Positions 35,069 through 42,868 of a stretch of DNA of 42,868 nt are shown here, in pieces. The first letter of the stretch is position 1; each line of letters opens with the position of its first letter. Made by a program: the position numbers and the translations under genes. Source of the stretch: Callorhinchus milii (lineage: Eukaryota); assembly GCF_018977255.1 (NCBI RefSeq), contig NW_024705459.1:1-42868 (forward strand). The letters are read 5' to 3'. Below the pieces are notes generated by a model. The model saw nothing but the letters and a program-made list of their open reading frames with translations, was not told where the DNA came from and searched no databases.

Positions 35069-36261
35069 TGTACGTGCGGTTCTCAATGAGATAAAAATGT
35101 TTGCTCGGGAAATACAACTGTAAATTCAAAAGTCGGGTTTAGAAATCATCATGCTCAAACGTTATTCATTCACCTCCTGTTTAAGACCTCCCCACACCAT
35201 TGCCATCACTCATGGGCCTGCGATGCCACATTCTACCTCACTCCTGCACATGAACTGGTCTCATCACTCCATCTCTGCGGTGGTGACTCTCTCCGGCGCG
35301 ATGTCTCCTTCGGTTGCCTTTCCATCACCAGCTTGTCCGTCATCCCTTCCAGACGTGACCCAATGCCGCTAACTTTCCTTAAGTCAATGTATCGATCACC
35401 GAATTGAAATCTTTACCTTACCCATAGGCTGCTCATTCTCTCGCCCATGTTTCTGCTCCACATCGTAGCAGGTAATGTGTACCGAATGAAAACGGTTTTT
35501 TCTTTAAGTCATGGCGGCATGTTGCTTTTCATTATCCCATTCGGATTCCCATTAAAGGGCTTCAGCCTCCAAAGGATGCCCTGGGGACCGCTGGCGATGC
35601 GTTACGGCCCCTGGGGGTTCATTGTTATCTTGTGCTGGGGCCCCGTTGCTCGATTCCAGGCCGTGACGACGTGCTGCCCCCTACCACCCCCTCCTCTACC
35701 TCCCTCACGGCTCCCTGCCATGACTCAACCCACTCTCATGCATTTCTTTTGGCAGCGTTTCGAGATGCGATTGCATTTAGGCGCAAGAAACATTCAAATT
35801 GTTGCTGGTGGCTGTTGGTGAAAGGCTTGTGTTGAGGACTGCATCCGTTTCCACCCAAATGTCATTGCATATCAACTCATATCGGAAATCTCATCCTCCA
35901 ATTTCTGTCACGAGTACGTCATTCCACTTAACCGGGATATTGCATTTTAGATATGAACAGACACCAGTTCACAGGTCCACTCTTACCAAATATGCCGCAG
36001 GGTCTTTAACGTCTCCACTTTGCAGTTTATGGCGAGTTTTGCAAAATGTTTACACACATTTTAAGCTAACCAAGGAATCATGATTGTTGACTTGTGCATG
36101 CACGAGGCTGTTCAAACACTCAGGACATCTCGCAGGGCACGCGTAGCTAACACTGCAGCCCATGAGGTGCGACTCGAGGCAAAACAATTGCCACCTCAAT
36201 GACGAGCACAGGGCAAGGTCCCGCATACACAAACTAACAACATACACATATCCCACGTATA

Positions 36262-36515
36262 GGAGCAAGTGATGTTAGCGAGTTGAACCTCTGAAGGCCG
36301 GCATGGCACATGAGGGGGTAAGAGGCCAGCGCCACGCCCGGCTGCCTTTGTCTCCCTAGTTGGCGATGTTTACACATCACACCAGGTACTCATTTGAGGC
36401 CGAGTCGACCTAGGGGAGGCCCAGGACCGGTTCAGGTAATCATAACTGGTGTTGGCCGTGAGCGGGAATCAAACTCGGTCGCCGGGTTTAGGCACAGCGC
36501 GCTAACCACTGTACT
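36262..36515 (-). mobile_element. SINE family B copy
   Basis: Homology to 15570-15822. Confidence 0.8.
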
Positions 36516-36561
36516 AAACGGTGAACACACACACACATTTGTGCATTTTTTCAAATACTAA

Positions 36562-37643
36562 CAGCAGTACCACGTGGATCGATTTGAATCTAAAAGCTAA
36601 GTTTATTTTGCTCTGCGCCGGAGCTTATGGTAAAACGTTTCCAACACAAAGATGCGGTAACAATGGAACAATTTTATTGATCTGATATAATAAATATTAT
36701 TTTCAAAAACATAACCTGTTCTCTTATCATTAGAATATTCACGCTTTCGGTTTTTAAATGTAATTACACTCAACGTAGCTTAATGTCACTCCTTTACAGC
36801 ATGTAAAAATTACGTCAAGTGATGGAAGCAAACATCCTTACATAAAAAAAGCAGGCATGTTTTCGGTCGTTCCCTCAGCGGCAACAATGTGCATTGAAAG
36901 TGTCCCACGTTGACTGAACGATTAGAAAACGAACATCTTGGAGGCGAATCGAAGAGACTAGAATCACCCCTTGCGAGGTGATCGAATTCAACGGTTCATA
37001 ATTGCATTTTAAAAGTTTCTCCCGTGTTTTTAACACTCACGATCATCGTGTTTCTGTGAGATAGTAAGCAGCACATTGTTGCAAAAGCATTGTCGTGTGC
37101 AGAGCACCATTCTCATAAAGGCCCCATCAACATTAGGTTAGAATCACATGATCGCTAAAAGAACTTACATTGTTTAAAGAGGGGAATTTATTTTTGGTGT
37201 TGCTCAGAAAATAATCAATAAACCGGGTAGCAACTAAACCCTAAAAAGCTGCTTAAATCTAATGTTCAAGTAAAATCGTGTTATGACGACAGATATGGCT
37301 GGAAAGGTAGTTAGAAAATCTACTTTTATCTGCAATTTTTTGTTTTTACACAATGAAACAACTGAGTGAAAGGCAAACTGTCATGAACACATGATGTTTA
37401 ACGATCCCAAATAGTCGGGTGTTTACACAACGGTTATTCTGTAGCCCTGCTGGACGGAAAAAACCCACCGAGTGAGCACTTGGCGATGACAACACACATA
37501 TGCAATGGGTAGGTTGTTATTGTTGTTATTACAACACAAAAACAAAGTTGTTACAGTGCGAAAATTACGCAAGGTACCCAAAAGAAAAATTTGCCTTCAC
37601 CGAAATTATTATCATTGGGAGTCGTTATAACGGGATTTTACTG
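36562..37643. mobile_element. Possible Tigger/pogo-like relic
   Basis: Right end CGTTATAACGGGATTTTACTG resembles Tigger TIRs; the left end and interior are heavily decayed. Confidence 0.4.
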
Positions 37644-38336
37644 CATTCATCACAATGCCCGCATTTATCAGAATCCGGCGGACGCAACGCAAACGTACGG
37701 CACACTGTCGACGATTCCCAAATTTCGTCCCTTTATGCTCGAGCAGCATCACGGGGCAGCATCTCCTCCCCCCCAAGCCAACAAACAAGGTGCCAACGAC
37801 GTTACCCCCAGAGGAGCACGTGGTCCCCCGCCCGTGCCTTGTTCACGACAGCATTCATTTCAACAGCTGACAAGGGGGGGCCCCCGTCGTTCGCGGCGGT
37901 TCAAGCCATCGACCCGAACGCTGCGAGGAACCTTCAACGCAGTATAACACTGGCTGGTCCGAGCGATAATAATTTATAAAGATCACACAGCTGCTTGTCG
38001 ACACCGTTAAACAATGAGAACATCTTTAAGTGGCGGCGGCGGGGGGGGAGGCGGGCAAAACGCACTGTACAGCGACTTGAAATGGAACACGCGTCGTGTC
38101 TAATTGGCCGTCAAAAAAAACGCCAAGTGTGGAACCCAATCGAGTGCACTTGCTTGCGATGACTTTTTTCTATTTTGTTTGAACCGCGAGACCAAGAGAC
38201 AGCGAGTGGGAGAGCCCAAAGCCCCTGCGCATGCAAAAACGTGTCGCTGTCACGTCCACGCGGCCGTGGCAGCGGTGCAGTGCAGGTGAAGGTTTTTTTT
38301 ATTTGTATAAAATAAAAAAACACCTCCCGCGCCTTC

Positions 38337-38417
38337 TCAGACGACGTCCGCTCGCTTGTCCCGCATCTTGCTGCGCGCCTTCGTGCGCGCCTTGAACGTC
38401 GCGGAGTTGAACATGTG
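38337..38417 (-). CDS. IFRD-family last coding exon (HMFNSATFKARTKARSKMRDKRADVV*)
   Basis: IFRD C-terminal motif FKARTKARS..RDKRAD followed by TGA. Confidence 0.96.
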   Translation of the reverse strand, partial: HMFNSATFKARTKARSKMRDKRADVV

Positions 38418-38882
38418 CTGGCGGGGGGGGGGGGGGGAGGCGGGGTGAGCGGTAGGGAAAAGGGGAAAATGAATTGCCATTAAAACCCACGCTCGCGCTG
38501 GAATAAATCCTTTATTTATAACAAAAGTGACAAGCCATTGAGTCTTGAAATCGCTTTTTCAACAGAGAGAGTCTAAGAGTGGGTTTTTTTTATGGTACCC
38601 TTATGTAAATTATTTATATGAACAACCACTAACCAACCCACCACCCACGTGTCGAGCGGAAGTTTTGGCTCAAATTAACCCACAGCTCCGGGCAGGGGGG
38701 AGGGCGCTTTGCAAGCATTCGGCCAAGGGCAATCCCTTATATGCTGGCAATTCTCTGGACTGTGACCATAAATGGGCGTGCACAGTGGTGCAAGCCAGAT
38801 GCAACGGTCGGATTGGGGTGCTTTCGCAAATCTCTGCTCCCCTCTGTGCGGCGCTACGCTGGAAGAGAGCGCGCAAACTCAC

Positions 38883-38978
38883 GCGCTCGAAGCGAGAGAT
38901 TTTCGTGGTCTTCAACATCGACGGGTCCAGCAGCAGAGGAGGTCCCAGCTCAAAGATGTCCCGCAGCAGTTCATTCTC
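38883..38978 (-). CDS. IFRD-family penultimate exon (ENELLRDIFELGPPLLLDPSMLKTTKISRFER)
   Basis: Aligns to NEFLRNVFELGPPVMLDAATLKTMKISRFER; cag/gtgag boundaries. Confidence 0.96.
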
Positions 38979-39304
38979 CTGGACAAAAATTGACGTATTT
39001 AACAAGGCTCGGCAGAAAACAAAAAAACACACACGACACATGACAATTTTTATTAAATTCCTTCACAAGGGTTTTGGCTTGTAATTGAACTACAGAGGAC
39101 GATCGTTTTTTGGTGGTCGATGGTGTGCGTTGTACGCCCCCCCCCCCCCCCCCACACACATGCACAGCAATTGAGAGCCGTTCGCGAAGACCTGGGAACC
39201 AGTCACCCAGCCCTCATGATAGCCTTGTTTAAAAGGCACGTTCCTTCATGTAATAATTGTACAACAGGGCGGGAGTGAGCGAACTTACAAGGTGGCACTC
39301 ATTG

Positions 39305-39640
39305 CACACCATTTCTTGCCACAAATGAACCACAAAAGCTCTGGCTGATCTTGTCACGTAGAATGAACCACGACATTAGCTCCGGTCATCCTCACAGCGG
39401 CCTTTGGCTAGTCATCGAACAAAGGCAGTCACCGCATCGCACGCTTTGCGATGCCCTTCGGCGGCCGTCTGGAACGCTCTTCCTTCCGTTATTACGAAGC
39501 CACTGGAGCTGTTCACTTTTAAATGTATATTGAAAACTCATTTCTTTAGAACTGCTTGTTGTGTTTAGTTTGTTGTTCTTCCCCCGCACCTCCCATTAGC
39601 ACGGTTTGGCTGTACGCGGTGCGAAAGAAGTTCAACGTGC
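39305..39640 (+). repeat. Interspersed repeat family C (probably a retroposon 3' tail ending GAAGTTCAACATAC)
   Basis: Reverse-complement homolog at 1-330; shorter copies at about 15450-15500, 16935-17025, 19340-19455 and 31250-31372. Confidence 0.75.
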
Positions 39641-39664
39641 ATACACACGCACGCACGCACGCAC

Positions 39665-39793
39665 CTGGAGATGCAGCCGGACCCCCGAGCCCAGCGCGTC
39701 CTTGAACGCGTCGTACGTGCGCTTCCTCAGCCAGCTGTCCACGTAGATGCACTCCGGCCCGAAGCGTATCGTCTCCGACGGCGCCTCGCCCTC
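39665..39793 (-). CDS. IFRD-family (interferon-related developmental regulator) exon (EGEAPSETIRFGPECIYVDSWLRKRTYDAFKDALGSGVRLHLQ)
   Basis: Aligns to IFRD1 ETIKFGPERMYIDCWVKKHTYDTFKEVLGSGMQYHLQ; ag/gt boundaries on the minus strand. IFRD1 versus IFRD2 cannot be resolved. Confidence 0.95.
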
Positions 39794-42573
39794 CTGGGCA
39801 ACGCAACAAATGGAAAGCCAACAACAAGAGGAGGCTTGCCAAGTGACCGACGGGGAACGGCCCCTTGCTGGCTGACACGTGGGCGGCAGTGGCGCAGAGT
39901 GTGGAGACCAGTTTGGGAGTTTGGAGACTGTTGCACGTTCTACATTAACGATACAAACGCAAGCTACGGCGAAAGGGTCAGAACGAAAGACATTTTGCCT
40001 TCAGCAAGGGGAAGAATAAACGACAACAGGTTTTTTGTTTTGTTAATCCAATAAACTTTCAAAAGCATTTATCTTTGTTTCAGCGGGGGAGGCGGCCGGA
40101 AGCAAGCAGCAATTCGGCATGGCTTACTCTTCCACCAGCACTGCCAACACACAAGGGTTGGCTGAAGGGCAACGAATGACCTTTTGATTCAGCTTAAAAA
40201 GTGCATTCATCCACAGCCATCGGGGGACGACGGCTGTGGCCCCAAGAGGCCCCTAACAGTAAACATCATGCACTCTGCTGGCTCGTGGCTTCATTGTACG
40301 ACAAACGCTGCCCTAGTGCCCTCGCCCCGATCATTTTTCAGATTCCACAAAGGAGGTGGTGGGGGATGGGAAGTGGAGGGGGTGGTGGTGCATGGGTGGG
40401 CGAAAATGAATATGTGCGGCAGTACAGCCATATTGCTTAACCTTTGTAAAGGACACTGGAAATGGAGCTGCCGAGCAGCGCTGGTGAACTCTGGTTACGC
40501 AAGCGGCTTGTCCCAGCGTGACTCTCGTCCACATTGACGCAATGCCCCCCCCCACCAATCCCCCACCCCCCACGGTACAGTGAAGCCGCCGTGTATGTTT
40601 CACATGAGCACTCGCAGCTAATCGGTGGAGTGCCGCCCATTATGTGCAGGGAGCATACACAATCTCACGTTCTGCACTGAATGATGTATAAAGGCGTCTC
40701 TCTTTCAATATACTGCTGGATGAAGGTCTCACGCCATGCTGGATACATCGCAGTCGCTTGGTCATACTTCACCACGCTGGTTAATGTGGGGGGGGGGGAG
40801 TTGGTGAAGAGAGTAATATGTAGCTCTCCACCGATGTGAACTGTCGCTGAAATGCAACTGCGGTAGCCGTGGCGTTCACAGTGCAGCGCGATATCCACTC
40901 CACCCCGCAGAAAACACGTAAATCCGTTAATATGTTCACTTGTAAATCGGTCATACGTGGGGTGACCATAATCTCCTATTTACAGTCCTAAGCCAGTGGT
41001 GGAAATTCCATGTGGTTATGGTAGGGGCAAGTTAAATCGACAAGTTATGAATACCTAGTGTGAGTATTGTTTAACCAATTATCTGTTACGCATTTTCAAA
41101 ATTGTTTTTCCACACAATGATTGCCTGCGATATATTTATTAAAAAATATGGATATATATAAATACGTATGATAATTCATCATTAACAATAAAGTGATAAC
41201 TTAACCAGCACTGGTCCATTCCTTCATCAACCCGTACTGACCAGCTTGGCCAAGTGTGGTCAAACAACCCCAATAACCGACGCAATCTGCCAAAGTTTTT
41301 CTCCAGCAGTGGCCTGCTAAAGGGCTGTGAATTGATCAACACTGATGTCACCCATGTTCAAGAACCCAACTCAGGTCACCGGTTCATAGGGCAACGCGCT
41401 AACCACTGTGCCACCACTCCAACCCAAATAATTGTAAATGTCAAAACATCTGAACTCCGCAGAGATGAAGGGCTGAGCCAAGCATTAACAGGACTTGAAC
41501 CCGTAACCTTCTGTTTGCGAGCAGCGTATCTTCGCTACTGTGCCATCAGATCACGAGAGTGCATATACATAAACAAAATCCGCATTTCTATCGCCGGAGA
41601 CTGAAAATATTTAAGACTGTAAAATGACAATGACATTAAACAAATGGAATCAACATCCCATTGTCAACGATATTCTACTGCCATGCATTCATTCCTTGCA
41701 TCACAGGTCCATCCGAGCCATTTGCTTCGCTGTACCCACTGGAGTGGACGGATGGACCACTAGGTGGTGCTCAGGATACACAGAGACTAGGACAATACAT
41801 GCCATTAAAGGTTAACATAACCACAAAACTACATTATCTAGAAGAGTAATGCATCAATCATAGCTGCCATGATACAGACTCGAACTCTGCAGTCAACTAA
41901 GTTTTGAGTGTTTTTTTATTACGACATTTTGTTCTTTCCCACCTTTCGTTTTATTCCAATTGCAAGTAATATATAATTCAACGACACGAGATAAAGAATC
42001 CATTCGGAGACCCAGATTCATTCGGCACGGCTGAAACCCAAATTCGAATCCAGAATTCTCAGCGGTGCAGGCTCAGCGCTCCGACCGCTCCAGTCACCCG
42101 ACCAGCAGCAGCAGCTGCAGTCGGCAAAGTTGAACGAACTCGCTACGATTCGAGTTTATCATCCCGAAATAATGGTACCGCTTTGAAACGCACACGCTCG
42201 TGCGCGTTACAAGAGACGCGGTTGACATTTTTTGTTGCCCACCAGGTCAAGGGCACGCAGGACACGCAGCCAGTACCAGTGGCACGCGCAACCGCAATCC
42301 CCTTTAATCCACGGCACCGCATTTATCTTGAGAACGCGACGCACACGCGCGTCTAGCCAACGGCAAGCAGGTATTCACTCCAGGAATGCCGGCTCCGACT
42401 GCACAGCCACTGTCCATTATTATAAGAGCCTGCTTATAATAAACCGCGTTCCAGGGCACAGAGGCTGTCTATATTTAACAGCGGCACACTCACTCTCGCC
42501 CCCCCCAACCCACACAGAGTCGCTGAACACCACTCGCATTACCACGAGATGCTTATTCCTACAGGAATGGACA

Positions 42574-42868
42574 GTGGGGGGCATGGTGAGGAGGGGGTGT
42601 GGGGGGGGCATGGTGAGGAGGGGTGGGGGGGCATGGTGAGGAGGGTGTGGGGGGGCATGGTGAGGAGGGTGTGGGGGGGCATGGTGAGGAGGGTGTGGGG
42701 GGGCATGGTGAGGAGGGTGTGGGGGGGCATGGTGAGGAGGGTGTTGAGGAGGGTGTGGGGGGCATGGTGAGGAGGGTGTGGGGGGGGGTCATGGTGAGGA
42801 GGGTGTGGGGGGCATGGTGAGGAGGGTGTGGGGGGGCATGGTGAGGAGGGTGTGGGGGGGGCATGGTG
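42574..42868. repeat. About 24-bp G-rich minisatellite (GGGGGGCATGGTGAGGAGGGTGTG)n running off the window end
   Basis: About 12 tandem units. Confidence 0.93.

Noticed and set aside
38297..38302. AATAAA on the minus strand about 35 nt after the IFRD stop
   Set aside because: Embedded in an A-rich run and several other candidates lie further downstream; cannot be assigned without 3'-end data.
41340..41550. tRNA-like sequences here and at SINE heads
   Set aside because: Only A/B-box remnants without a complete cloverleaf; treated as SINE fragments rather than tRNA genes.

Overview
Eukaryotic, repeat-rich vertebrate genomic DNA, most consistent with a lamprey (inferred from very GC3-rich exons and abundant V-SINE-like elements). 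+ strand: ten internal coding exons (1257-15981) of a SACM1L/SAC1 phosphoinositide phosphatase gene, including a U12-type intron followed by a GC-AG intron. I could not find the 3' exons (including the catalytic CX5R exon) anywhere downstream in the window. - strand: the last three coding exons of an IFRD1/IFRD2-family gene (38337-39793). Between them lies a young, nearly intact 7.35 kb Ty3/Gypsy LTR retrotransposon (22799-30148, - strand). It has no target-site duplication, and its LTRs carry an array of 27-bp hairpin repeats. Also present are Penelope-like element relics with hammerhead ribozyme cores and fold-back ends, several SINE families, hAT/Tigger/RTE relics and minisatellites. Four frameshifts, all in G runs, look like consensus errors. 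No prokaryotic system or CRISPR array is present. Repeat boundaries are approximate; exon and LTR boundaries were counted by hand.
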